DNA of 64,000 bases from an archaeon (GTDB lineage: Archaea > Nanobdellota > Nanobdellia > Pacearchaeales > GW2011-AR1): NCBI GenBank assembly GCA_018693315.1, contig JABHLR010000005.1, positions 97,049 through 161,048 of the forward strand, read 5' to 3'. A model generated the notes under the pieces. That model worked only from the letters and a program-made list of their open reading frames with translations, made no database searches and was not told the origin of the DNA. A program made the position numbers and the translations under genes. Shown here piece by piece: positions 44,473 to 54,189 of this stretch (position 1 is the first letter of the stretch; each line of letters starts with the position of its first letter).

Positions 44473-45504
44473 TTCTAAAATTGGTTTCATGTAAATTTTA
44501 AGTCCTGTTTTTTCGGCTATTTTTTGTGCGTTTACGTGATGTTCTCGTATTGCTGGGAATGTTATTGCGATTTTTGCATCGGGTTTTTTGGATTTTTTAA
44601 TACGTGCTAGAATTGGAATTATATAGGCTTCGAAATTTTGAATAATTTGTTTTGCTTCTTTTTCTGATGGTTTTTGCCGCAAAATTTTTCCTAGTGGGGT
44701 TTCTGTCGCAATTGCTGCAAATTGTAAATCTGGTGCTTTCCGCGAATCGATGTTTTGGATGGTATACTTTGAGTTTATTTTGTATTCTGATGTGAGCCAT
44801 TTTAGATTTTGTTCTGCGCCGATTGTTGCTTGCTTATCTTTATCGATTCCGTGAACGTTTATGTTTTTTATTAGAGCTTCTTGGAGGATTCCACCTATGC
44901 CGCAGAATGGATCTAGCAATAAGTTGCCTGGCTTTGCTCCAGAAATGTTAATTAAAATCTTTGACAGCCTCGGTGAAATCGCTAAAGATTCTCTTCTTGC
45001 TGGTTTTTTCATATCTCGTTTTTTGACCTCTGTGTTGTCGTAATTTTGTGTTGATGTTCCGAGGTATACTACGCCTTTGTGTTTGTGGTAGAAAATATAG
45101 AACTCTGCTGAGGGTAATCCTTGTTTCTCTTGATTTTGAAATTTGATTTGCTTGCCGCCGTGTTTTATCATTGCTTTTTTCTTTCGTTCTTTGAATTTAT
45201 CCTTTAGGATTTCTGGATCTTGGTTTCCGAAAGTTGCATATGAAAATTTATCTGCTGGAATTATTTCGGTTTTATTGAGGTATTCCGCGAGATTTTCATT
45301 ATTCCCTTCGAAATTAATTTTTCCGAGCCACATTGTACCACCGAATTCTTGGATGTTGAATTTTACTTTGTCGTTTGTTTCTATTACTAAGATGTTTTCT
45401 TCGAATAAGATTTCTGTGTGCTCTTGGTTTCTTGCTCTTAGAAATTCAATTATCTCTGCTCTTGATAATTCGGGGTTTCTTCCTAGGATAAAAAATGTTT
45501 TCAT
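44425..45504 (-). CDS. Trm11/TrmG10-like SAM-dependent RNA methyltransferase
   Basis: SLAISPRLSKILINISG...LLDPFCGIGGILQEA (motif I). Motif IV is the deviant TETPLG rather than DPPYG. Confidence 0.65.
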   Translation of the reverse strand: MKTFFILGRNPELSRAEIIEFLRARNQEHTEILFEENILVIETNDKVKFNIQEFGGTMWLGKINFEGNNENLAEYLNKTEIIPADKFSYATFGNQDPEILKDKFKERKKKAMIKHGGKQIKFQNQEKQGLPSAEFYIFYHKHKGVVYLGTSTQNYDNTEVKKRDMKKPARRESLAISPRLSKILINISGAKPGNLLLDPFCGIGGILQEALIKNINVHGIDKDKQATIGAEQNLKWLTSEYKINSKYTIQNIDSRKAPDLQFAAIATETPLGKILRQKPSEKEAKQIIQNFEAYIIPILARIKKSKKPDAKIAITFPAIREHHVNAQKIAEKTGLKIYMKPILESRKDQFISRDILVLQ

Positions 45505-45534
45505 GAGAATAAATGTGCTGGTAACTTTATAAGA

Positions 45535-46080
45535 TTACGCTTTGATTTTGGCTCGGATCGTTTCGGTTGTTGTTTTGCAGGCCAGTCTTGCCTTTACTGA
45601 TCGAATTAGTTTTCGTGCCTCTGCCTCTGCCTTTGTGTTTTTTACGCCGATTATGTAGAGAACTTGGCCTGGTTTTACGATTGCGGATCGGCCCATTGTT
45701 TTTCCGAAGGCCCGGCTCATACCAGTCTGCATACGGTCGGCTCCTGCACCAGTAAGCATTTTGTTTTCTCTCAGAATGTGATGTGGGTAGATTTGTACGC
45801 CGAGGTAGAATTCTTTTCCTACTTTGATTTGAAGGAAACGGTTTAGAAACTGTCGAACAGCCTCGATAGAGTTGTCTCGGATCTGGCAGTTTTCTTTTGA
45901 GATTATGTGGATTTGGATTGGGAGTTCGCCTTTGTCGAAGCCTTTGATGTCACCCATTTTGAATTTTACGATTCTTGAATTTGGTACTGTTTTGATGTAG
46001 GATTTTGTTCGCTTTTTGGACGTACGAGTGTATGGGGTTACTTTCCTTTTCGAGTATGCTGATCCTTTTCTTAGTGCCAT
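45535..46080 (-). CDS. rpl10e: 50S ribosomal protein L10e (uL16)
   Basis: MALRKGSAYSKRKVTPYTRTSKK...RMQTGMSRAFGK is typical of L10e. Confidence 0.9.
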   Translation of the reverse strand: MALRKGSAYSKRKVTPYTRTSKKRTKSYIKTVPNSRIVKFKMGDIKGFDKGELPIQIHIISKENCQIRDNSIEAVRQFLNRFLQIKVGKEFYLGVQIYPHHILRENKMLTGAGADRMQTGMSRAFGKTMGRSAIVKPGQVLYIIGVKNTKAEAEARKLIRSVKARLACKTTTETIRAKIKA

Positions 46081-46081
46081 T

Positions 46082-46348
46082 TTAGTTGATTTCTACGTCT
46101 GTTCCGATTGCTTGGCCTGGCAAACCTTTCTCGAAGATTGCTCGGACCACGCCGTTGCCGCCGTGAGCAGATGATATTTTACCTTTGATTGTTGTTTGTA
46201 TTTTTCCTGTGGATTTCCATTCGGCTGTTTTACCGACGAATTTAGAAGCGTCCTCTCTTGTTTTAATTTCTGGAATCTCGATTAGGAAGTGTCTAGGTTT
46301 GAATGTTTTTCTTCCTCTTCGGAACTGGATTACTTTTGCTGTTACCAT
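46082..46348 (-). CDS. rpl35ae: 50S ribosomal protein L35Ae
   Basis: 88 aa. FRRGRKTFKPRHFLIEI...GKISSAHGGNGVVRAIFEKGLPGQAIG. Confidence 0.85.
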   Translation of the reverse strand: MVTAKVIQFRRGRKTFKPRHFLIEIPEIKTREDASKFVGKTAEWKSTGKIQTTIKGKISSAHGGNGVVRAIFEKGLPGQAIGTDVEIN

Positions 46349-46449
46349 TTGATATGTGTCTTAAAAATATACTCACTTCAGGGCATTTCTCCGTAAAGAT
46401 ACTATTAAGAGTAGTTATATTGTGGAATTTGGGTATTTAAAGATTGGGG

Positions 46450-48306
46450 TTAGTAGACTAGATCGAATTCGCCGAAGATTTTTTTTAGGGTTTTGATGGC
46501 GTTGAAATCGATTTTTGTTTCTTTGTTTCTTTGTTCTGTTAGTTGTTCTTGGAGTTCTTTTGGTGTTGCGTTTACTAGCTTTTCTCCTGAGATTTTTTGG
46601 ATCTTTTGATTTTGGATTATGAAAGTGTTTGGGAGGAAGAAAACTTCGGCTTCCATTGTTTTGCCTTTGATTATGAATCGTGATTTTTCCATTGATGCTA
46701 ATTCGCATCTTTGTGTGTATTCTACTAGTGCGTCTGTGATTTCAACTGCTAGTTTTCTTGCATTGTCTACGTCTCGGCTTTGCTTTGTTGTGAGATTGTC
46801 CTTCTTTTTTCCTTTATTCCCTTTCGCCTTTTCTACAGCTGTTTTTGTCTTAGAGATTTGTTTTAAGTTATCTAGGAATCTTGGAGGGAATCTTCCTTCT
46901 TGAATTATTTTCTCGTCGAACTCTTTTATGATTGCGGCTTCGGATTTTTTCTTTAGTAGTGCTCCGAGCATTCCGAATACGTCGTTATAAATTTGTATGA
47001 TTGATTTTTCTTGGACCCGTTTTTCGATTTGTTCTCTTAGTTCGTTTAGTCTTTTGATGTAGTCAAGTGCGTTTTTTGTTAGCCTGTCTAATTCTTTCCC
47101 ATCGATGTCGCCAGGTTTTAGTTTTCCGTGTTCATATGCCTTCCATACCTTTAGTACTATTTCGTCGAGGATATCGGCGTACTTTGCTTCGACTAACTTT
47201 TCTTTTTCTACGAAGACTTCTCGGAATTGTTTTATTGTTTCGTAAACATTTGGTGGTGCTAAACCGTAGAGCATTAGTAGTCCTTGAGTTGGTGTGTTGA
47301 TGTTCCAAAATAAATCTAGGGTTGCGATGTCGAAGATTCTTTTTTCGACTGTTTCTTTTAGCTTGTTTCCTGGGGCCATGAACATGTCGATTGCTTCAGG
47401 AGATGGTTTGATTTTCCCCATTTTCAATAATGATTTCCATGGCAGGAAAGTTCCTCTGTCATAAAGTGGGACGCCGTCTCGGATGAATGTGAACATTACA
47501 GGGTGTGCGTCTTTTACTGCTTCCCAGAAGTCGGTCATTAGGTAGATTTGAACGTTAAGTGTGTTTTTTGGTACGCCTGCAATTGCTTCGGCTTCTTGTA
47601 TATAGGACATAATTATTCCTCTTAGTTTTTCTTTAAGTTCTAGTCTTGGCATTCGTTTTACGTCGGTGTCGTCGATGATTACGATTGTGTCAACGTCTGA
47701 GTCTTTCTTTGTTGTTCCTGTTGTTATTGATCCACCTACTACGTATGATGTTACGTATTTCTCGAATTTCTTTAGGACTAAAGATTTGTGGATTTGCGCG
47801 ACTCGGATGTGGCTTAGAAATGTTTTGTCCATGATTGGGTATGACATTGCGATTGCTTCCATGACTTCGAATTTTGAGTCGAGACCAAGGTTCCAGAAGT
47901 CGACTGGTGTCATTACGTGGACCCAGAATTTTTCGTTTATTTTTTTTGCGGTTTCGATTGCATCGAGCCGGACTTGTCCGATGTTTTTGAAGTGTTTTTC
48001 TGGAATGATTGCTAGGATATGAATTAGTTCTTTTTTTGCATCTTCTTCTGAGATTTCGTATTCTTCTTCGATTTTTTTAGCGGCTTGTGCTGGCATGATA
48101 CCCATAGCCTCGATGTATTTGTATTTTTTTGTAAGTTCGTCTTTTAATTTTTCTAACTCTTTTTGAGTTTTGTCCATCTTTTCTTTTAGAGCGTCGTCGA
48201 TTTGGTTTGCGATAGGGAGATTTCCTAGTTTTGATTTTGGGACGTAATCTTTTGCTAAGTTTTGTTCGACTGAATTTTCGGAAGAATTACTTTTGTGGTC
48301 TGTCAT
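46450..48306 (-). CDS. large nucleotidyltransferase-domain protein (618 aa)
   Basis: VVGGSITTGTTKKDSDVDTIVIIDD (GS...DxD). The downstream helical region is homologous to 21160..22047. Confidence 0.75.
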   Translation of the reverse strand: MTDHKSNSSENSVEQNLAKDYVPKSKLGNLPIANQIDDALKEKMDKTQKELEKLKDELTKKYKYIEAMGIMPAQAAKKIEEEYEISEEDAKKELIHILAIIPEKHFKNIGQVRLDAIETAKKINEKFWVHVMTPVDFWNLGLDSKFEVMEAIAMSYPIMDKTFLSHIRVAQIHKSLVLKKFEKYVTSYVVGGSITTGTTKKDSDVDTIVIIDDTDVKRMPRLELKEKLRGIIMSYIQEAEAIAGVPKNTLNVQIYLMTDFWEAVKDAHPVMFTFIRDGVPLYDRGTFLPWKSLLKMGKIKPSPEAIDMFMAPGNKLKETVEKRIFDIATLDLFWNINTPTQGLLMLYGLAPPNVYETIKQFREVFVEKEKLVEAKYADILDEIVLKVWKAYEHGKLKPGDIDGKELDRLTKNALDYIKRLNELREQIEKRVQEKSIIQIYNDVFGMLGALLKKKSEAAIIKEFDEKIIQEGRFPPRFLDNLKQISKTKTAVEKAKGNKGKKKDNLTTKQSRDVDNARKLAVEITDALVEYTQRCELASMEKSRFIIKGKTMEAEVFFLPNTFIIQNQKIQKISGEKLVNATPKELQEQLTEQRNKETKIDFNAIKTLKKIFGEFDLVY

Positions 48307-48330
48307 GGTTTTATATTGTAGTTTTAGTTT

Positions 48331-48804
48331 TTAAAGGTTGTCTTCAACAAGAAAAGAATCGATGTCGACTTGGGGAATGTCTGACGTGTAGTCTGCGTTT
48401 TTTGCTTCTATGAATTTTCCGACTATTTTTTGTCCCAATTCTGTCAATTGGACTTCTGGTGTACCTTCGAATCTTTCTAAGAGGGTTAGTTCTACTGCAG
48501 CAGCTATGGTTTCTCCTTCGTCTGGGTGTGGTAAATATACTGTGCGATCTTCCCACTGGGCTGTATTTGTTAGAGTGTCTAGTGTTTCAATTATATGAGT
48601 ATACACTCTGTCGTTTATCCCTATGTGTCCTTTCGGGTCGACTTTTTCTATCATCATTTCATAGAGCGGACGAATTACTGATTTTATTGCGTCTATTCTT
48701 CTAATATTTGCGTAATGTGCTTCGAGGCCTTTTTTCTTGGCGTTCGCTGCACACACCTCCAAAGAATCCCAATGTGGAGTTGCTGAACCTCGGTCGGTTC
48801 TCAT
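48331..48804 (-). CDS. hypothetical protein
   Basis: 157 aa ORF starting 2 nt downstream of tRNA-Val. The true start may be an internal Met. Confidence 0.5.
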   Translation of the reverse strand: MRTDRGSATPHWDSLEVCAANAKKKGLEAHYANIRRIDAIKSVIRPLYEMMIEKVDPKGHIGINDRVYTHIIETLDTLTNTAQWEDRTVYLPHPDEGETIAAAVELTLLERFEGTPEVQLTELGQKIVGKFIEAKNADYTSDIPQVDIDSFLVEDNL

Positions 48805-48805
48805 A

Positions 48806-48876
48806 TGACCCCACCAAGAATCGAACTTGGGACTACTCGGTGTAAACGAGTCGTTTTGCCACTAGACTATGGGGTC
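48806..48876 (-). tRNA. tRNA-Val (anticodon UAC)
   Basis: Hand fold: acceptor GACCCCA/TGGGGTC, anticodon arm ACTCG-TTTACAC-CGAGT, T arm CCAAG-TTCGATT-CTTGG. One C.A mismatch in the D stem. Confidence 0.85.
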
Positions 48877-48952
48877 GTAAAAGATAAAGAAAGAATCGGC
48901 TTTTAAAACTTACTATAGAAATTTTTATAAAGGAAAGGTGTTTTTGGTTTGC

Positions 48953-49702
48953 ATGAAAAAAGTTGTGATTGCTTTGATGTTTTTATTGTTGGTTGGTGGA
49001 GCTTTGGCTATGACCGAGCCTGTTAGTGTTAAAGCGACTGCTGGTGATGAGGTTAAGATTTATGCTTGGCCTGCTGATGGTGGACCACTTTTGACAATGA
49101 AGAAAGGTGTTGCTAATAGTGCTGGAAATTTTAATGCTACGTTTTTTTCCTTGAGTGTTCCTGCGAGGTTTAATATTTTTGTGATTCGAGATGGTGAAAA
49201 GGTTCGAGATGCAAATTTCCCAGGACATAATCTTAGTGAGGCTTTGAATATTGATTGTACTGATTCTGAGTGTAAAGTTGTCGAGGAACTTGTCGATGAT
49301 GTGGTGAATGAAACGGTTGTTGTTAATGAGACTGTTAATGATAGCGTTGTCACGAATGAATCTACAAATGTTGCGCCGACGGGAAATGCGATTTTTACGA
49401 ATGAGGATGGTTCAATTAAGTGGATATATTCTCTTGGTGGTGGGGTCGTTGTTTTGGTTTTGATTGTTTTTCTTGCTCTGATGTTTCATAGCAAGAAAGA
49501 AAAAAAGGTTGTTGAGGGTGATGATGATAAAGAGCTGAAGGATGTTAATGATCGAGTTAGGCAAGCGTCTGATAAGATTAAGCAAATTAAGGACGATAGA
49601 GATAAGAAAGAGAATCTTGAAAAGGCTAGAGCGAAGTTGGCTGAAGAAGAGGCTGAACTGAAGAGGCTTGAGGGTGGGGATGACGCTAGGACTGAGGATT
49701 AA
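48953..49702 (+). CDS. secreted, C-terminally anchored protein with cytoplasmic coiled-coil tail
   Basis: Signal peptide MKKVVIALMFLLLVGGALA, TM segment GGGVVVLVLIVFLALMF, then a K/E/D-rich tail. Confidence 0.7.
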   Translation: MKKVVIALMFLLLVGGALAMTEPVSVKATAGDEVKIYAWPADGGPLLTMKKGVANSAGNFNATFFSLSVPARFNIFVIRDGEKVRDANFPGHNLSEALNIDCTDSECKVVEELVDDVVNETVVVNETVNDSVVTNESTNVAPTGNAIFTNEDGSIKWIYSLGGGVVVLVLIVFLALMFHSKKEKKVVEGDDDKELKDVNDRVRQASDKIKQIKDDRDKKENLEKARAKLAEEEAELKRLEGGDDARTED

Positions 49703-49823
49703 TTTCTAGATCTTTGTTTAGGTTTTCTGTTGATTTGTTTATGAAGCCGCATCGTGCACATTTGAAATCTCCTTCGATGTTTTCGTAGCGAGTTGAGTTG
49801 CAGGCGGGGCATTTTTTTGGCAT
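49686..49823 (-). CDS. small zinc-ribbon protein (45 aa)
   Basis: Hand translation: MPKKCPACNSTRYENIEGDFKCARCGFINKSTENLNKDLEINPQS (CPxC...CxxC). Overlaps the convergent gene by 17 nt. Confidence 0.45.
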   Translation of the reverse strand: MPKKCPACNSTRYENIEGDFKCARCGFINKSTENLNKDLEINPQS

Positions 49824-49947
49824 GAGGTAATTAGGATGCAAAGCTTTATAAGTTTATTTTTGGGTTTGATGATATAAGTTAGAGTCCTTAGACCTTTGTC
49901 ATGGGGATTCAGGTCTGAGAAAAATTCTTGGAAATTTATAATAGAAC

Positions 49948-51273
49948 ATGGAACAATTTGAAAAATTGGGCCTTTGCGAGCATGTTTTGAAAGTGATTTC
50001 GAATAAGAAGTTCGAGAAGCCCTCAGAGATTCAAGAGAAAACGATACCGTTAATTCTTGAAGGAAAGGATGTTATAGCTGGCTCAGCAACGGGGTCTGGG
50101 AAAACTTTGGCGTTTGGTGCTGGGATGATTAAGAATGTTGTTAAGGGAAATGGTGTGCAGGGTTTGATTTTGACACCGACTCGAGAATTGGCTGAGCAGG
50201 TTGCTTGTGCTTTGGAAGAGTTTGCTTATTATAAGGAATTGACGGTTGCTGCGATTTATGGTGGTGTTGGGATGGGTCCCCAGATTAAGAAATTGGCTTA
50301 TGCTGATATTGTTGTTGCGACTCCTGGACGTTTGCTGGATCATATGCAGAATAATAATATTACTTTGGCTAAGGTTGATTACTTGGTTTTGGACGAGGCT
50401 GATCGGATGTGGGATATGGGTTTCAAGGATGATGTTGGTAGGATTGTTAAGAATTGTCCTAAGGATAAGCAGACGCTTTTGTTTTCGGCTACGATAAGTC
50501 ATGACCTTGCTGGGTTTGCTGATATGTATATGAAGGCTCCTGTTGAGATTTCTGTTGAGAGTTATGTTGATACGTCGAAGCTGAAGCAGATTTATTACGA
50601 TGTTCGTGATAATGAGAAGTTTGGTTTGATGGTTCATTTGTTGAAGGGAGAGGGGACTAAGTTGGCTATGGTTTTTTGTAATACTCGGAGGAATGCTGAT
50701 TTTGTTGCTAAGAATTTGATTAATAATGGTGTTCATGCTCGGGCGATTCATGGTGGGATGGATCAGAGTAAGAGGATTCGTGTTTTGAAGGAATTTGCTG
50801 ATGGGAAGATGAATATTATTGTTTGTACTGATGTTGCGGCTCGAGGTTTAGATATTACTGGAGTGACTCATGTCTACAATTATGATTTGCCGAAGGACCA
50901 TCGAGATTATATTCATAGGATTGGTCGGACTGCTAGGGCTGGTGAGTCTGGGATGGCTGTTAATATTTTGGCGAGTCGGGATTATGATAATTTTTCTAAT
51001 ATACAGAGGCATAATGAGGGTTTAGTTGTTAAGAGAGAGAATACTCCGCGGTTTCCTAGGGTTGCTGTTAAGTTTGATGAGCCTAGAGCTAGTAAGTATG
51101 GAGGAGTTCATGGTAGGGCTTCAAGAGGTCGGGGTCGTAATATTGGCGGTAGAAGGCCTGAAGATAGGAAGGGTGATAGTAGGGGAAGAGAGCAGAGGGG
51201 GGAGAGGAATAAGCGTTCTAAGGATGGATTTAGGGGTGGGGGAAGGAATGTTAGGCAAAAAAGTAGGCGGTAA
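49948..51273 (+). CDS. DEAD-box ATP-dependent RNA helicase with RGG-rich tail
   Basis: Q-motif region, GSATGSGKTLAF, LDEADRM, SAT, HRIGRTARAG. The C-terminus is Arg/Gly-rich. Confidence 0.92.
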   Translation: MEQFEKLGLCEHVLKVISNKKFEKPSEIQEKTIPLILEGKDVIAGSATGSGKTLAFGAGMIKNVVKGNGVQGLILTPTRELAEQVACALEEFAYYKELTVAAIYGGVGMGPQIKKLAYADIVVATPGRLLDHMQNNNITLAKVDYLVLDEADRMWDMGFKDDVGRIVKNCPKDKQTLLFSATISHDLAGFADMYMKAPVEISVESYVDTSKLKQIYYDVRDNEKFGLMVHLLKGEGTKLAMVFCNTRRNADFVAKNLINNGVHARAIHGGMDQSKRIRVLKEFADGKMNIIVCTDVAARGLDITGVTHVYNYDLPKDHRDYIHRIGRTARAGESGMAVNILASRDYDNFSNIQRHNEGLVVKRENTPRFPRVAVKFDEPRASKYGGVHGRASRGRGRNIGGRRPEDRKGDSRGREQRGERNKRSKDGFRGGGRNVRQKSRR

Positions 51274-51314
51274 AGTGTAGTAATTTTTATAAGGGGTTTT
51301 GTTGTGGCTATTGG

Positions 51315-52151
51315 ATGCCATCTGTTAATAGAGATGCTTTAAAGGGAAGGGAGCTTTCTGCTGTTTGGAAGGATTATCGAGCTGGCAAAAGGAAAGGTGA
51401 TGGAGTTCATTTTAGGAATGTTTTGCTTATGTTTTATTCGCCCTATATTGACTATACAGCTGAGAGGCTTAAGTCCAGATTGCCGGATTCCATAGATGTT
51501 AATGACTTGAAGGTTGCTGGGTCATTTGGAATGATGGATGCGTTGAAGAAGTATAACTCCAAAAAGGGAGTTAGGTTTTGGACATATGCTAATCCAAAAG
51601 TGAAGGGGGCCATGATTGATGAGCTTAGGCGTTTTGATTATGTTCCAAGGTTGGCGCGAGAGAGGAAGAATCATTTTAACGAAGCGGAGACTTTGTTGAG
51701 GTTTAAGTTGGGGAGAAATCCTAGCAGGAGCGAATTAAAAAGAGAATTAACTAAGAAAGTTTATTCCACCACCGGTAAGGCTGGCTGGAAGAATGCCGAT
51801 AAGATTTTGGGGGAGGCTGATCGCTTTTTTGGTATTCATAGTTTGAGTAGGAAGAAACATGATGGGGACAATAAGGAAATTTTGGAAATTGATAGTATTA
51901 ATAATGGTTCTGATCATGTCGGTGATTTTGGAAGTTCTGATTTATTTAGGGCGATGTTGAGAGGATGTTCTCATGATGAAGAGTTGTTGTTGAGGTTGCG
52001 CTACCAGGAAGGATTTAACAATAGGGAAATTTCTGATGTTATCGGTGTTGCTCCGAGTCGGGTGAGTCAGGTTCATACTGATCTTATGAGGCGATTGAAG
52101 GGAATTGCTCTGAGACATAAAGATGCTGGGGCGATTGAAAGATTATTCTAG
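51315..52151 (+). CDS. sigma-70 family sigma factor (group 3, FliA/sigma-28-like)
   Basis: Region 2: DLKVAGSFGMMDALKKYNSKKGVRFWTYANPKVKGAMIDELRR. Region 4 HTH: EELLLRLRYQEGFNNREISDVIGVAPSRVSQVHTDLMRRLK. Confidence 0.8.
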   Translation: MPSVNRDALKGRELSAVWKDYRAGKRKGDGVHFRNVLLMFYSPYIDYTAERLKSRLPDSIDVNDLKVAGSFGMMDALKKYNSKKGVRFWTYANPKVKGAMIDELRRFDYVPRLARERKNHFNEAETLLRFKLGRNPSRSELKRELTKKVYSTTGKAGWKNADKILGEADRFFGIHSLSRKKHDGDNKEILEIDSINNGSDHVGDFGSSDLFRAMLRGCSHDEELLLRLRYQEGFNNREISDVIGVAPSRVSQVHTDLMRRLKGIALRHKDAGAIERLF

Positions 52152-52421
52152 GAGTTTGTTGTAGAGCCAGGCGAAGATGAATACGATTATGAATGCGTCG
52201 ACGAAGCTGAATATTGCGCCTAGAATTGCGCCGAGGAATGTGATTGAGTAGCCGACTGAGCCGTAGATGTCTGCGATCATTGCTGTGAACATTGGGAATG
52301 AGCCGAGGACGCCCCAGATTGATACGAGTGTTGTTAGGAATACTATTGCTGCTACGATTATCGCTGCGGCTAGTGCGAATTTCCATGCGATTAGTTTTGG
52401 GTTTTTGGTTTTCTTTTCCAT
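52143..52421 (-). CDS. small membrane protein (3 TM)
   Basis: 92 aa, almost entirely hydrophobic helices. Confidence 0.65.
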   Translation of the reverse strand: MEKKTKNPKLIAWKFALAAAIIVAAIVFLTTLVSIWGVLGSFPMFTAMIADIYGSVGYSITFLGAILGAIFSFVDAFIIVFIFAWLYNKLLE

Positions 52422-52469
52422 TTTTCTTTGTAAGACTATATTTATTATCCTCTAAGGGTCTTTAAATAT

Positions 52470-52553
52470 TTATTTGCCGCAAGTGCATGTTTTGCATTCT
52501 TTGCATCCGCCGCATGAACATTTCTCTTTGCCGCATGAACATTTCTCTTCCAT
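52470..52553 (-). CDS. Cys-rich micro-protein (27 aa), metallothionein-like
   Basis: Hand translation: MEEKCSCGKEKCSCGGCKECKTCTCGK (9 Cys in 27 residues). The DNA contains a direct repeat gccgcatgaacatttctct. Confidence 0.4.
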   Translation of the reverse strand: MEEKCSCGKEKCSCGGCKECKTCTCGK

Positions 52554-52649
52554 TGTTGTTAGAAGTGTTTTGGGGATATAAATGTGTGTTGAAACTTGTG
52601 AATGGTAAAGTTTATTATGTTGTGTTTCTTTGATTTATTGAGGAGTAAG

Positions 52650-53345
52650 ATGGTTGATGTTGAGTATACTATTGAAGTTCCTAGGCAGGCGCTTGAAGTT
52701 TTGAGAAGGGTTCATGGACCGAGTAGAGAGGAATGTCGTGCGGATGATCCTGCGTTTTTTTATAAGGCGACAACTTTTGATGGGGTTGATGGTTATTCTG
52801 CTGCTGAAATTAAGGATTTTGTGAGAAATGATTTGATTGGCTTGGTTGGCGTTGTGTTGCGACCGGATGTGCCGTTGGTTATATCGGAGGGTGAAGATAA
52901 AAGTGTTTCGATTGTTGGTCATAATTACCAGGCTTGCGGGGATCATCGAGGAGGTGGGGGTGTTCTTAGGGGCGGGGGGATTTATGTTCCGCCTCATATT
53001 GGGGCAGCGGTTCGGGGGGCTGAGCAGGATGAGGATGATAGTAATTATTATAATGTTTCTCTGGAGTTTGATAGGTGTGCGTTGCCGGCGCTTCAATATC
53101 TTGTTAATTTGACTGCTACGTTTTTTAGAAATGGTGGTAGTAATTATCCCCAGTTTAGTATGGAGCACCTTGCGGAGGAGTTGACCAATGGGAGGCCGGG
53201 AGCTCGGGAGTTTGATCTTGTTCGTAGTTTGACGGGTGTTGTCGCGGAGGGTATTCATCCGATGGGTGTGGGGGGATTTAGGAAGACTTTGTTTTTGCCG
53301 CCGAAGAGGATTGCTCTTGCTGAGTTGATACTTAGGGTAGCGTAG
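52650..53345 (+). CDS. hypothetical protein (231 aa)
   Basis: GAGGAG upstream of the ATG at 52650. No motif recognised. Locally GC-richer. Confidence 0.55.
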   Translation: MVDVEYTIEVPRQALEVLRRVHGPSREECRADDPAFFYKATTFDGVDGYSAAEIKDFVRNDLIGLVGVVLRPDVPLVISEGEDKSVSIVGHNYQACGDHRGGGGVLRGGGIYVPPHIGAAVRGAEQDEDDSNYYNVSLEFDRCALPALQYLVNLTATFFRNGGSNYPQFSMEHLAEELTNGRPGAREFDLVRSLTGVVAEGIHPMGVGGFRKTLFLPPKRIALAELILRVA

Positions 53346-53384
53346 TGTATAAATGTTTAAATAATCTGGAGGGATTTTGATTTA

Positions 53385-53654
53385 ATGAGAAGATTGCGGA
53401 ATGCTTTAATTGGGTTGTTTATTCTTGGAGTGAGTGTTACTGCTGCTAGTGGTTTTAGTGGGTATTGTACTGGATATGCGGTTGAGCAAAATAAGGCGAA
53501 GAAGGAGCTTGCTCAGAAAAGGAGTGATGTTGAGATGTATGATGAGAGGATGCGGGACGCGAGGGCGCAGCAGGAGAATACTTATGCGGTTGCTGGTTTT
53601 GCAGGGATTGCGGCAGCGGTTGGGCTTTCTGGATTTGCTATGAAGAGGGATTAG
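53385..53654 (+). CDS. small 2-TM protein
   Basis: TM - charged helix - TM architecture, the same as the next gene. Confidence 0.55.
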   Translation: MRRLRNALIGLFILGVSVTAASGFSGYCTGYAVEQNKAKKELAQKRSDVEMYDERMRDARAQQENTYAVAGFAGIAAAVGLSGFAMKRD

Positions 53655-53683
53655 GTTTAAGTAGCGTTGATCTGTGGAATTTT

Positions 53684-53968
53684 ATGGGAACTTTGCGGGA
53701 TATTGTTCGGTCGGGATTTCTGGCGGCGTGTTTTGGGTGTGCGGCCATGGGGATTGTTAGTTTGAAAGATAGAGCGGATAATTTTGCGGTGATTGAATTA
53801 ATAGCTAAGAAAAAGGCGGATGCTTTGGCGGAGAGTCGGCCTGTTGGATGGTATGATAAAATGACTGAGAATTTGGAGGATACTGATTATAGCGGGCGTT
53901 GGGCTGCGGGGTATTTTGTTGCGGCTGGTTTAGCTTTGGCTGCTAGGTATTCGATTAAGAGGAAGTAG
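53684..53968 (+). CDS. small 2-TM protein (same architecture as 53385..53654)
   Basis: TM - charged helix - TM. Tandem with the previous gene. Confidence 0.55.
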   Translation: MGTLRDIVRSGFLAACFGCAAMGIVSLKDRADNFAVIELIAKKKADALAESRPVGWYDKMTENLEDTDYSGRWAAGYFVAAGLALAARYSIKRK

Positions 53969-53970
53969 GC

Positions 53971-54189
53971 TTACCAGTCGCGTTTGCCGGCTTCGAAGAG
54001 AGCTCTGTTTCGATCTACTATCGCGTGTCTTATGACCATGCATTTTATGGTTCTATCTTTTTCGTAGGCGCAGGTTTTATCTAATCCTAAACTTTCGCAA
54101 TGCATTCCTTGGTTTTCGGTTAATTGGCGGCTGTCTGCATATGGGGTGTATTTGCATAAGTATTTTCTGGCTTGGGCTGTTTCTGTCAT
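53971..54189 (-). CDS. small Cys-containing hypothetical protein
   Basis: 72 aa ORF with 4 Cys. No motif recognised. Confidence 0.4.
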   Translation of the reverse strand: MTETAQARKYLCKYTPYADSRQLTENQGMHCESLGLDKTCAYEKDRTIKCMVIRHAIVDRNRALFEAGKRDW

